32,000 bases of DNA from an uncultured archaeon. GTDB lineage: Archaea > Asgardarchaeota > Thorarchaeia > Thorarchaeales > Thorarchaeaceae. Location: positions 1 through 32,000 of the forward strand of contig CAYHAA010000020.1 of the NCBI GenBank assembly GCA_964354495.1, given 5' to 3'. The translations under genes and the position numbers were made by a program. Below are positions 1 to 8,442 of the stretch, in pieces. Every line of letters starts with the position of its first letter. Position 1 is the stretch's first letter. A model generated the notes under the pieces. That model searched no databases. It was not told where the DNA came from and saw nothing but the letters and a program-made list of their open reading frames with translations.

Positions 1-400
1 GAATTCCATGTTTTTTGGCAATAGCCACGACCTCATCCTCGAGTTCTGCTCCCGCTGGCCCAGTTTCAGAGAACCCCCCGGATATTATGATGGCTGCCTT
101 GATTCCTTTCGCAGCGATGTCTTCGAACACTCTGGGCGTGATTCTAGCGGGTACTGCAACAACAACAAGGTCAACATCCTCCTTAATATCCTGGAGAGTG
201 GGGTAACATGGAACACCTAGAACTTGGTTGTACTTCGGGTTCACTGCGTATACTTTTCCCGTATATTGTGGCTTGATGAAGTTCTGAATTATGGCCTGCC
301 CCACACTGTTTTGGCCTGCAGACGCACCATATATTGCAATACTTCTGGCGTTGAAGAAAACATCAATTGATTCAGTTGACCCAGAGGACACCGTTGGCAC
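1..400 (-). CDS. acdA: ADP-forming acyl-CoA synthetase (acetate-CoA ligase) alpha subunit, N-terminal CoA-binding domain; runs off the left window edge
   Basis: Not in the ORF track. Manual translation from GTG at 400 gives MPTVSSGSTESIDVFFNARSIAIYGASAGQNSVGQAIIQNFIKPQYTGKVYAVNPKYNQVLGVPCYPTLQDIKEDVDLVVVAVPARITPRVFEDIAAKGIKAAIIISGGFSETGPAGAELEDEVVAIAKKHGI, open to the edge. An in-frame TAA lies at 410-412. Matches the ACD alpha pattern (FFxxxSIAxxGAS, VYAVNP, DLVVVAVP, IISGGFSE). Confidence 0.88.
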   Translation of the reverse strand, partial: MPTVSSGSTESIDVFFNARSIAIYGASAGQNSVGQAIIQNFIKPQYTGKVYAVNPKYNQVLGVPCYPTLQDIKEDVDLVVVAVPARITPRVFEDIAAKGIKAAIIISGGFSETGPAGAELEDEVVAIAKKHGI

Positions 401-544
401 CCCGTTGCTTTATCTGATGAATGCCAAGTCTGGATACTAATGGGTACTTGATTCTTACCATTTGTTCATATCATTCCATGCTGGCTTCTCGTTGCATGAT
501 AAGCCTAATAGCCTGACTTCGTTTTCTCGCAGTGAGGACTGGTT

Positions 545-1552
545 GTGAGCTTCGATATTCCTGCCGATGGCCATGCGATACTGCAGGCACCCAAAAGCGA
601 ACTGGAAGACTGGATGCGCGAGGCGATGCAGGTCCGTCTTCAGTCCTTCGGCAGAGACCTCCTTTGCTATAGCCCGACTGCGTACCCCTATAAGATTCGA
701 GAACATGAACAGGCTAGTTCACACAATTTTCTCTCACTCAGTATCACTGGCACCTCCTGTTCACTCAATTGTGAACATTGTAATGGAAGACTACTGAGAG
801 GCATGGAGTCCACGAATACCCCCGAGCTTCTATTCGAGCGTTGCAAGGAGATCAAGGATCGTGGTGGTCAGGGTGTTCTAATCAGTGGTGGTTCGGACTC
901 CTCGGGCCACGTTCCCCTTAAGCGATTTGGAGAGACAATAGGCCGTGTGAAGAGAGAGTTGGAGATGCTAGTGGTGGTTCATACTGGCCTGGTGGATTCT
1001 GAAACTGCACAGATCCTTGCAGAGGCTCAAATCGATGCGGCCATGATAGATGTTGTTGGAGACAGTGATGTTGCTTCAAGAGTATATCATATCTCTGATG
1101 GACCAAAGAAGATGAGGCAGTCCCTCGATCTCCTTGAAGAGCAAAAAATCACCACAGTGCCTCACGTATTGGTTGGACTAGATTATGGACGACTACGGGG
1201 AGAGATAGAAGCTCTACAGATTATTGCGCAGGGAACGCCTTCAGCTGTTGTGATCATCGCACTCAATCCTGTCAAGAAGACGCCCATGGAGCATGTTCTA
1301 CCGCCCACTCCAGAAGAGATAGGTCGGATAATGACAACAGCTCGCCTTGGATTCCGAAATATCCCTGTCCTTCTTGGGTGTGCTCGCCCAAAGGGCAGGC
1401 ACAAGATTGACACAGACTTGCTTGCCATACGAAGTGGCATGAACGGTGTCGCTCTCATCAGTCAGGAGGGGGTCAATTTTGCAGAAAGCTTCGGGCTAGT
1501 CCCCATCTTCGAGGATGTATGTTGCAGCCTAGCCTACCAAGTTATCTCATGA
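545..1552 (+). CDS. lipS1: Radical SAM protein, archaeal lipoyl synthase component LipS1 type
   Basis: CxxxCxxC (CSLNCEHC), plus the GC(M/A)R motif (LLGCARP) and C-terminal CC motif (DVCCS) described for LipS1 of the two-component LipS1/LipS2 lipoyl synthase. GTG start. Confidence 0.78.
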   Translation: MSFDIPADGHAILQAPKSELEDWMREAMQVRLQSFGRDLLCYSPTAYPYKIREHEQASSHNFLSLSITGTSCSLNCEHCNGRLLRGMESTNTPELLFERCKEIKDRGGQGVLISGGSDSSGHVPLKRFGETIGRVKRELEMLVVVHTGLVDSETAQILAEAQIDAAMIDVVGDSDVASRVYHISDGPKKMRQSLDLLEEQKITTVPHVLVGLDYGRLRGEIEALQIIAQGTPSAVVIIALNPVKKTPMEHVLPPTPEEIGRIMTTARLGFRNIPVLLGCARPKGRHKIDTDLLAIRSGMNGVALISQEGVNFAESFGLVPIFEDVCCSLAYQVIS

Positions 1553-2101
1553 TAACCTTCTTACCACCCAGGCCGCAATCTCATAACCTGAATCAAAGAA
1601 CAAGAGCCCAATAGCAGTTGGTAGAAGGAGCGGCCAGGGTATTGACAATAAGAGTACACTGACTTTCAAGGTAAATCGGTATTTGAAGAACCTGTAAGCT
1701 CTGGGTGCTTGCTGCTGGTCTGCCCAATCATTTCCTCGTTCGTCAAGAACTGCGGCCAGAAACATCATCACAACCAGAGCCAGCCAGTCCAGTGGTCCGC
1801 TAATCGATGGAATACCCCTCCAAATCACTATAGTAGCAATCACAACGAATCCCACAATGAATTGCGGTCGATTGACTTTGCCAGAAACCAGTACACCGAT
1901 GATTATGCTTGTCATCAATGCTAAGTCCCATTCTGACACTGTCATAATCAGACCAAAGAGAAGGCCTGAGAGGGCAAGCGGAAACCAGGCTATATCTCCC
2001 CTGTCGAGTTCGTCCAGAAGGTCGTCTCCAGTCTTGAGCATCAGTCCTGTTAGGAAATAAGCTGAGAAATACATCACCCACTCGATCATATCAATATCCA
2101 T
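1547..2101 (-). CDS. Uncharacterised multi-pass membrane protein with Asp-rich loops
   Basis: 184 aa, about 5-6 hydrophobic segments; loop motifs KTGDDLLDE, GKVN and LDERGND. Stop overlaps the lipS1 stop region by 6 nt. Confidence 0.7.
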   Translation of the reverse strand: MDIDMIEWVMYFSAYFLTGLMLKTGDDLLDELDRGDIAWFPLALSGLLFGLIMTVSEWDLALMTSIIIGVLVSGKVNRPQFIVGFVVIATIVIWRGIPSISGPLDWLALVVMMFLAAVLDERGNDWADQQQAPRAYRFFKYRFTLKVSVLLLSIPWPLLLPTAIGLLFFDSGYEIAAWVVRRLS

Positions 2102-2264
2102 CCAGAAAGGGATGACACTGGTTCTAGCATCTCCTCAGGAGAGGTGCTACCCCTCAGTTTAACTATGATACTTCATCACTCTATTAGAGCATTAGTAGCC
2201 ATTGAACATCATTGGAGTAGCAACTAGACTCAATATGAAACTCTGATAAAAGTTCGTGAAGGTC

Positions 2265-2549
2265 CTACAACAGAACAACGGGTGTTCCAATAGCCTGGCC
2301 TGGAAGGTTCGAGTTGAATTTCGCACGAACGGCACCACTGTTTCCGTGAGCGCCTAGGATTTTTCCCAGTATTTCCTTATCTCCTTCGGTGACCCATTTT
2401 ACCTTACGGCTGACTAGTGCTGCAGCCTCCGCTCGTGTCTTGACCTCATCGAATACCAAAATGACTTGCTCTGTATGCTGTAGATGCCTGCCTCTACGGT
2501 AGCTTGTGACAATTCCGTTCTTACCTTTAGATACGTCACTCTTAGACAT
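2265..2549 (-). CDS. rpl35ae: 50S ribosomal protein L35Ae
   Basis: GIVTSYRRGRHLQHTEQVIL...GKILGAHGNSGAVRAKFNSNLPGQAIG is the L35Ae signature. Start placed at ATG 2549 (MSKSDVS), not the ORF-track start at 2723, which overlaps the upstream gene. Confidence 0.95.
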   Translation of the reverse strand: MSKSDVSKGKNGIVTSYRRGRHLQHTEQVILVFDEVKTRAEAAALVSRKVKWVTEGDKEILGKILGAHGNSGAVRAKFNSNLPGQAIGTPVVLL

Positions 2550-2631
2550 GCGGAGTTCCTCCAATGGGGGTTCTCGTGAACGCCCAAAGAATCGGATATA
2601 AGAGTTACTGAATGAACTCTTTGACTTCTGA

Positions 2632-3261
2632 CTACGGATCGATTCCCGGGCCGCTGCCCGACAGAGAACTAGAGTCGGTGTTACTCCTTCGAAAACTGGT
2701 ATCTTCCTTTTTTCCCCTTTCAATCAGTACGTCTCTTATTGTCCATCCAATGACATCAGGTCTCTGTGCAAGTCGGAACAGTGCAAACCATGTTCTGCCA
2801 TCTCCCATTGGCCCCTGCAAGTAGAGATTGTCTACCATTGTCCTTGTCACTCCAATCTTATCCTTGGAGTATCCTACTGAGGCTACTATTCGAGCCTCAC
2901 TGTCAACAACCTCTTTTACTCTCCACGCGTGTTGCATTACACTGATGAATGAGAGGAAGACTACGAAGAACACAATGAAGTTGGAACTCATCATCAATTC
3001 AAACCCGTAGAGAGTCGTCGTGAGTAGAATAATAGACACTATTAAAACAATCATGAACACACAGCCTTCAATGAGGGCGTTTTGAAAGCTAGTCACGCGC
3101 CAATGATAATACCTTGAAAGCCTCGAGGAAGGAGAACGGAACGACATGATGTCACCCAGATACTTGTCTCGTGCCATTCGCCCAACAAACAGCCAGATGG
3201 ACTGAAGGAGAAGTCCGTGTAGAATTATCGTGATCGAGGTCATGTTGAATAAGGTCTGCAT
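2632..3261 (-). CDS. Hypothetical membrane protein (2-3 TM plus soluble C-terminal domain)
   Basis: 209 aa ORF with two clear TM helices in the middle. TTTAAA at 3285-3290 is spaced for a leaderless start at ATG 3261. Alternative start ATG 3177 (MARDKY). Confidence 0.7.
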   Translation of the reverse strand: MQTLFNMTSITIILHGLLLQSIWLFVGRMARDKYLGDIMSFRSPSSRLSRYYHWRVTSFQNALIEGCVFMIVLIVSIILLTTTLYGFELMMSSNFIVFFVVFLSFISVMQHAWRVKEVVDSEARIVASVGYSKDKIGVTRTMVDNLYLQGPMGDGRTWFALFRLAQRPDVIGWTIRDVLIERGKKEDTSFRRSNTDSSSLSGSGPGIDP

Positions 3262-3271
3262 AGGTCTAGCC

Positions 3272-3502
3272 TTAGGGGAGTCCGTTTAAAGATATGGAAC
3301 AACGCCGCCAATCTAATACTTTCGGCACACTCCCCAGAACCGTATTGTTCACTTCATCTGACACTTGTTGCAGGAAACGCTCAACTCTATCGCAAACAAC
3401 ATCAGAGTAGGGTATATTCTGGTTTGCGCGGGTCCGGGTCTTGTCCTCCCGGAAGTGTACCTGGACTCGCCTCCCCCTCTTTCTTATCGAATGACTTATC
3501 AT
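3272..3502 (-). CDS. Possible small hypothetical protein (76 aa)
   Basis: Fills the gap between the 2632-3261 gene and dys and is co-oriented with the downstream genes. No recognisable motif, and only 35 nt separate its start from the divergent dys start. Confidence 0.3.
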   Translation of the reverse strand: MISHSIRKRGRRVQVHFREDKTRTRANQNIPYSDVVCDRVERFLQQVSDEVNNTVLGSVPKVLDWRRCSISLNGLP

Positions 3503-3537
3503 GGCAAAGACTCTTTCGCAACCTGTAGTGACTTGCT

Positions 3538-4476
3538 ATGGATAAGGTCCATCATCTTGATCCTGTTGGTTCAAACACCAGCGTTTCCAATTTTCTCGAC
3601 TCGATGCTCCGTGTGGGTGTTCTTGGGGCTGGCCGTCTAGGACGGGCTACAACAATCGTCCATCGGATGTTTGCAGACCCAGATTGCTACACATTCCTAT
3701 CGATGTCTGGTCCCATGATTCCCGGTGGCCTACGAGAAACTGTTCGCTGTCTTGTTGAGAAGGGGTACATAGATGCGATAGTCACCAGTGGAGCAAATAT
3801 CGTTCATGATCTTGTTGAGGCATACGGAGGCGCTCACTACCGTGTCCCAGCTGGCAAGGACGATTGCGAGCTTCGTGAAGCGGGGATGGGCAGAATTGCT
3901 GATATCTTCGTCAAACAGGAGGACTTTGAGAAGTTTGAGAAGGGCATCTATGACTTTCTTGATGGGCTTCCAAGCCGGAAGATGAATTCGCTCGCGCCCA
4001 GTGAGTTTCTCAAAGAGCTGGGGCAATCTGTGAGAGATGATTCTTCCTTCGTTCGACAGGCATCAGTCCATGATGTTCCCATCTTTTCGCCCGGCCTGAT
4101 GGATTCCATGCTCGGCTTCCATCTCTATACATATAGTACAACCAAGAGATTGGCGTTGGACTTTGTGAAGGACCTTCGGATACTGGGAGAGATCATCACC
4201 CAACAGAAGAAGACAGGCGCAATCATGTTAGGGGGCGGTCTCACGAAACATTTTACAATGGGCTGTACAATCTTGAGGGGCGGTCTTGATATGGCTGTTC
4301 AAATCACGCTAGACAGGCCTGAGGGAGGCAGTTTGAGCGGTGCACCTCTTGTAGAAGGGGTTTCATGGCAGAAGATACAGCCTGATGCAAACTTCGAAAC
4401 CGTGATAGGTGACGCCACGGTCATATTCCCACTCATGATAGTTGGGGTACTACCCGGGTCGTCAGACTTATCTTAA
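3538..4476 (+). CDS. dys: Deoxyhypusine synthase (aIF5A modification)
   Basis: FLSMSGPMIPGGLR, IVTSGANIVHD, LGGGLTKH, GGSLSGA and EGVSWQK with the catalytic Lys position retained. Confidence 0.95.
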   Translation: MDKVHHLDPVGSNTSVSNFLDSMLRVGVLGAGRLGRATTIVHRMFADPDCYTFLSMSGPMIPGGLRETVRCLVEKGYIDAIVTSGANIVHDLVEAYGGAHYRVPAGKDDCELREAGMGRIADIFVKQEDFEKFEKGIYDFLDGLPSRKMNSLAPSEFLKELGQSVRDDSSFVRQASVHDVPIFSPGLMDSMLGFHLYTYSTTKRLALDFVKDLRILGEIITQQKKTGAIMLGGGLTKHFTMGCTILRGGLDMAVQITLDRPEGGSLSGAPLVEGVSWQKIQPDANFETVIGDATVIFPLMIVGVLPGSSDLS

Positions 4477-4500
4477 AATAGTGTTAACAATGGTTAACAC
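4473..4500 (+). promoter_or_regulatory. TATA-like box (TTAAAATA, 4473-4480) followed directly by a 20-bp palindrome GTGTTAAC-AATG-GTTAACAC (4481-4500); putative repressor site of the VOC gene
   Basis: Perfect 8-bp inverted arms read directly, 21 nt upstream of the VOC ATG; AGGAG SD-like element in between. Confidence 0.65.
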
Positions 4501-4521
4501 AATTCAGGAGTTACCCAAAAG

Positions 4522-4917
4522 ATGACTGCTACGATACCATACCGGAACGACTCGGTCTACTTTCAATACGATGTGACTGACTTCAGTCGGGCCAGAAAGT
4601 TCTACGGCGATATCCTTGGATTCAAGATTGCCTGGGACATGGGAGATGCGGTAGGTTGGCTAGAATTTGCTCTTCCCGTGAGGGGAGCGAAACTTGGCCT
4701 CAACCTTCTCACCGAGGGCAAGGTTAAGCACGGGTCTGCTAAGCTGACACTCGATGTTTCAGATATTGAGAAGATGAAGGACTATCTCACTAGTAAGAAT
4801 GTTAAGACTGACGAGATAACGGACATACCCAACATGGTTTCCTACTTCAATATCAAAGACCCGGACGGAAATCCAATCCAGATCGTAGGCGAGCCACGAG
4901 TAAAGAGTGAGAAGTAG
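4522..4917 (+). CDS. VOC (glyoxalase/bleomycin resistance) family protein
   Basis: 131 aa; VTDFSRARKFYGDILGF, LTLDVSDIE, FNIKDPDGNPIQI are the paired beta-alpha-beta-beta-beta VOC motifs. Confidence 0.9.
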   Translation: MTATIPYRNDSVYFQYDVTDFSRARKFYGDILGFKIAWDMGDAVGWLEFALPVRGAKLGLNLLTEGKVKHGSAKLTLDVSDIEKMKDYLTSKNVKTDEITDIPNMVSYFNIKDPDGNPIQIVGEPRVKSEK

Positions 4918-4928
4918 ACTCGTACCTC

Positions 4929-5147
4929 TTACTCGTCATACTTTGTAGCTATTACAAGTCCAATCAGCATAATCAGGGCACCTATGTAGAGATGGTGCAA
5001 CTGAAAGCCCCCTATGATGTACGGGTCGAAATCCGGCAAAAAGTGAAGAAACTCGGTACCCGCTACAAAGTCATGGAGGTCATCGGCGAAAAGGACTAGG
5101 CCCAGTATGAAGGCCACCACGCCAAATCCAACACCTCTCTTTCCCAT
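4929..5147 (-). CDS. Small two-TM membrane protein with an HHLYIG motif
   Basis: 72 aa, two hydrophobic helices, ATG start, convergent with the VOC gene without overlap. Confidence 0.7.
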   Translation of the reverse strand: MGKRGVGFGVVAFILGLVLFADDLHDFVAGTEFLHFLPDFDPYIIGGFQLHHLYIGALIMLIGLVIATKYDE

Positions 5148-5316
5148 GTGTTCAATTCCTCTGTTGCCCTGTCGGGCTACACTAGTGAATACTTGGCATT
5201 GCCTAGTTATGAATGCAGTTTCTTGTGGAACCTAGCTCATCGTACGGCATGGGAGCAATGCGGGGTTGTCAAGATTATTAACAGGGAGTATGTAGAGTAT
5301 ATCAGAGGGCGCAAAA

Positions 5317-7092
5317 GTGGCCGGACGTGAATACTTGTCATTGCATGGGTCTGCAATAATCCTATTTACATTCTATATTCTAGCGGTTCTGTGCCCCAAT
5401 GTTGTGTCCAGTACTTCCATTGTAGAGTCTTATGAAGGAGAATTCTCTCATTTAGCAAGTGATAATGTAATATCTGTCGGAACACTTGTTGTTAATGAGA
5501 GTCGGGTTTTCCAGGTCGAAGGAAACATTACTTACATTGGTACGTCCTTTGAGCCAAGTTTCCTATTGGCCATAGATACGAGTGACAAGTCTGCACCTTT
5601 TGAAGTTGATAGGTTTGAAACGCCTCGAATGATTACTGGTTTCGCTATTTCAGAAAATTACTGCTATGTTCTTGATCTCGAATTCGGGTTTTGGATTCTG
5701 AACATCTCAGAACCAAGTGGCATGGACATAATTGGATATTTCAACACGTCTTGCTATACAAGCACAATACATGCCGAAAACAAAACTGTATACCTTGGAG
5801 GCTGGGATGGGCTTAGAATCGTCAATGTTAGTAATCCTGCACTTCCAATTGAAATCGGTTACTATGGGCCTTGGCTGGAAGTGGACGACCTTCAAGTGAG
5901 GGATGGATTTGCGTATCTTCTTCATGACGGAGGTCTGGTGATTGTTGATGTAAGGAATCCGAACAGTCCTAAATCCTGCAGTAGTTTCACAATCCTTGGA
6001 GCATCAGGACGTATTCATTTAGAAGATAATCTAGCATTATTGAGTTTAGACAGCCATGGATTGTTGATTCTCGACATATCCGACCCGTCAAATCCTAGCC
6101 AGATTGTGGATTACATGTGGCCCGGATTCATCACGGACCTCTACTTCGAAGGAAATCTCCTCTTTGTGGCAGAGAGCCTCAGCGGCGTCGCCATTTATGA
6201 CGCCCGAAACATTAGTGAACTTCACAATGTGGGTTCTTTTACAGACGGGTTTCGTTATGCGGGTGTCTGCGTTCGCGAAGGATATGTCTATGTCATTGAC
6301 TATGACCATGGGCTCTGGATTCTAGAACATGATTGTGATGAGGACGGGCTTTTTTCAAGACTGGAGTATGAAATTGGTACACCCCCCGATAATCCGGATG
6401 CGGACCAAGATTCTCTAAATGATGGTTTAGAGATTACGGTGTATTTCACAGACCCGCTCAACCCCGACTCTGACTCGGATTTCATGCCAGATGGATGGGA
6501 AGTCCAGTATGGGCTGAATCCGTTGGTCAATGATGACCAGCAGGACAATGATGGCGATGATCTTCCAGCCTTGGATGAGTACCTCGCAGGCACTAGCCCA
6601 TTGACAAATGACACCGATGCTGATTCGTTATCTGACTCAGCCGAACTGCTCATCTATGGTACCAGCCCCATCAATCCCGACTCCGATTTTGACCAATTAC
6701 CCGATGGATGGGAGGTACAATATTCACTCAATCCGCTACTTGATGACAGCCTTACAGACTCGGATATGGATGATTTGAACAACTTACTAGAATTTGAAAT
6801 TGGGACAAGTCCGGTACTTGCTGACAGTGATGGCGATGGATATCTAGATTCTTGGGAATACTATAACGGTTTTGATCCATTGGACTCAAGTGTGGAACCT
6901 CTACAATATTTCGTCTCAATCCTAGGCTGGCTCGTATTGATTGTAGTCGCAATCATGGGAACCATAACTATTCACTGGATATCAATGAAATACATGTCTT
7001 CTGACACCTATGAAGGATATCCTTACGATGGCACTTCTTCAAGAAGACAGTTGCCATCATCTCTTACTTGGGCATTGGAATACATGCCATAA
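5317..7092 (+). CDS. Secreted, membrane-anchored protein: LVIVD beta-propeller repeats plus Asp-rich DxDxDG (TSP3-like Ca-binding) repeats and a C-terminal TM helix
   Basis: N-terminal hydrophobic signal; repeats such as LRIVNVSNPALP, LVIVDVRNPNSP, LLILDISDPSNP; repeated DSDxDxLxDGxE...GxxPL units; TM ILGWLVLIVVAIMGTITIHWI. Confidence 0.85.
   Translation: MAGREYLSLHGSAIILFTFYILAVLCPNVVSSTSIVESYEGEFSHLASDNVISVGTLVVNESRVFQVEGNITYIGTSFEPSFLLAIDTSDKSAPFEVDRFETPRMITGFAISENYCYVLDLEFGFWILNISEPSGMDIIGYFNTSCYTSTIHAENKTVYLGGWDGLRIVNVSNPALPIEIGYYGPWLEVDDLQVRDGFAYLLHDGGLVIVDVRNPNSPKSCSSFTILGASGRIHLEDNLALLSLDSHGLLILDISDPSNPSQIVDYMWPGFITDLYFEGNLLFVAESLSGVAIYDARNISELHNVGSFTDGFRYAGVCVREGYVYVIDYDHGLWILEHDCDEDGLFSRLEYEIGTPPDNPDADQDSLNDGLEITVYFTDPLNPDSDSDFMPDGWEVQYGLNPLVNDDQQDNDGDDLPALDEYLAGTSPLTNDTDADSLSDSAELLIYGTSPINPDSDFDQLPDGWEVQYSLNPLLDDSLTDSDMDDLNNLLEFEIGTSPVLADSDGDGYLDSWEYYNGFDPLDSSVEPLQYFVSILGWLVLIVVAIMGTITIHWISMKYMSSDTYEGYPYDGTSSRRQLPSSLTWALEYMP
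6470..6740 (+). repeat. Intragenic repeat in the Ca-binding region: PDGWEVQYxLNPL occurs twice, about 214 nt apart
   Basis: ccagatggatgggaagtccagtatgggctgaatccg (about 6487-6522) versus cccgatggatgggaggtacaatattcactcaatccg (about 6701-6736). Confidence 0.7.
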
Positions 7093-7168
7093 TCCTTTTA
7101 TTGGAACTTCAAGCGGTGACGTTGAGTCTGTGCAGCTAAGACTCTAGACCAATCATAAGGTGAATAGT

Positions 7169-7708
7169 ATGGGAAAGCGCCCAGGACAATGCTACAGAGA
7201 GTGTGATCGTCCTCCTTTTATGAGAACGCGTTATATCCACAGGCGACCAGCAAGCCGTATAGTCAGCTTTGACATGGGCTATCCTGGAGGGGTATTTGAT
7301 GTAGAGATGTCGCTGATTGGTCTTGAGCGCTGCCAGATTAGGAATCAGGCTCTTGAGGCTGCACGTATCACTGCCAATCGTCAGCTGACCAAGGATGCAG
7401 GTAGATTGAACTTTCATCTTCGCATGCGTGTGAAGCCTTTGCAGTATCTCAGAGAGAACAAGATGATCTCAGGTGCTGGTGCAGACCGTGTGCAGGATGG
7501 GATGAGAAGGGCCTGGGGAAAGGTTATTGGCTCAGCAGCACGAATCAAGCCGAATCAGGCAGTCATAACAGTGAGAGTCAACCGTCAACATATTTTCGCT
7601 GGAATGGAAGCGTTGAAGAAGGCAGCTCCCAAGTTGCCGACACCCTGCAAGATTGTGTTCGACAAGATTGATCCTGTTCTCAGACGCCAGATGGGTTATG
7701 GTGTCTGA
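7169..7708 (+). CDS. rpl10e: 50S ribosomal protein L10e (uL16)
   Basis: MGKRPGQCYR..., EAARITANRQL, RENKMISGAGADRVQDGMRRAWGK, KLPTPC. ATG at 7169 with AGGTGA SD upstream. Confidence 0.96.
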   Translation: MGKRPGQCYRECDRPPFMRTRYIHRRPASRIVSFDMGYPGGVFDVEMSLIGLERCQIRNQALEAARITANRQLTKDAGRLNFHLRMRVKPLQYLRENKMISGAGADRVQDGMRRAWGKVIGSAARIKPNQAVITVRVNRQHIFAGMEALKKAAPKLPTPCKIVFDKIDPVLRRQMGYGV

Positions 7709-8442
7709 TCACCAAGGGTCTCACGTTCTTTGACCAGTCTATTCAGTTTGCTTGCGACCCCGGTCAGTGTTGTCACTTCACGGCCAGTCAGGTATGCACG
7801 ACCGAGCAGATTTCTGAATATCTGCTTTGCAATAGGCTTTCTGAAGTCCTTCAGGTCGAGATGGTCGATCATCTCATCTAGGAATACTAACACTTGCTCT
7901 CTCTCCTTGCGAGTTGCTGGCCTTGCTTTCGACCGTCTTCGAGGTTTCTCTGATGCATAGTTTGAGAAGAAGTGATAGAGCACCACTGTGACTGCATGAC
8001 TGAGGTTCATGCTTGGATATTCGTCTGCTGTCGGAATTGTGAATGACATATCGCAGAAACCAATCTCCTCGTTTGTGAGTCCGGAACTCTCGCGACCAAA
8101 TACCAGAGCAATCCTGCCATCGAGGGAGGTTGGGTCGGGCAGTTCGCGTAATGGCACTAGTGCTCTGGTGACACTGAGATTACCTCCGGATCTGGCTGTT
8201 GCTGCCCACGCAACATCTGTATCTTCGAGGGCAGACTCCAAATCCTTGAAGATGCCTGCTGAATCCAGAATATCGTGTGCATGGACTGAGAAGATCTGTG
8301 CCTGATAGTCTTCCCTCGGATCTGGACCAACGATTCTGAGTTCTTTGACGCCAAAATTGGCAAGAGTTCTTGCAACAAACCCCACGTTGCCTGGGCTTTC
8401 GGGCTCCACAAGGACAACAATAAGGTTCGGGAATTCTACCAG
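7696..8442 (-). CDS. trmJ: tRNA (cytidine/uridine-32 2'-O)-methyltransferase, TrmJ/TrmH SPOUT family; probable CTG start at 8442
   Basis: VEPESPGNVGFVARTLANFG, VFGRESSGLTNEE, YPSMNLSHAV. The frame extends upstream of GTG 8409 to include the conserved first strand (LIVVLV). The only start-like codon there is CTG 8442, 9 nt downstream of GAGGAG. Confidence 0.88.
   Translation of the reverse strand: MVEFPNLIVVLVEPESPGNVGFVARTLANFGVKELRIVGPDPREDYQAQIFSVHAHDILDSAGIFKDLESALEDTDVAWAATARSGGNLSVTRALVPLRELPDPTSLDGRIALVFGRESSGLTNEEIGFCDMSFTIPTADEYPSMNLSHAVTVVLYHFFSNYASEKPRRRSKARPATRKEREQVLVFLDEMIDHLDLKDFRKPIAKQIFRNLLGRAYLTGREVTTLTGVASKLNRLVKERETLGDQTP

Noticed and set aside
1-6. GAATTC (EcoRI site) exactly at the window start
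   Set aside because: Lies inside the acdA reading frame; either chance or a cloning/window artefact, not biology.
8-220. Plus-strand ORFs 8-220 and 15-206
   Set aside because: Antisense shadows of the acdA frame, which has clear family motifs.
505-513. CTAATAGCC, identical to the inner arm of the 21149-21181 inverted repeat
   Set aside because: A single 9-mer match in 32 kb on two strands is expected by chance about a quarter of the time, and no partner arm is present.
2550-2723. ORF-track N-terminal extension of L35Ae
   Set aside because: Overlaps the upstream gene and adds 58 aa not found in L35Ae.
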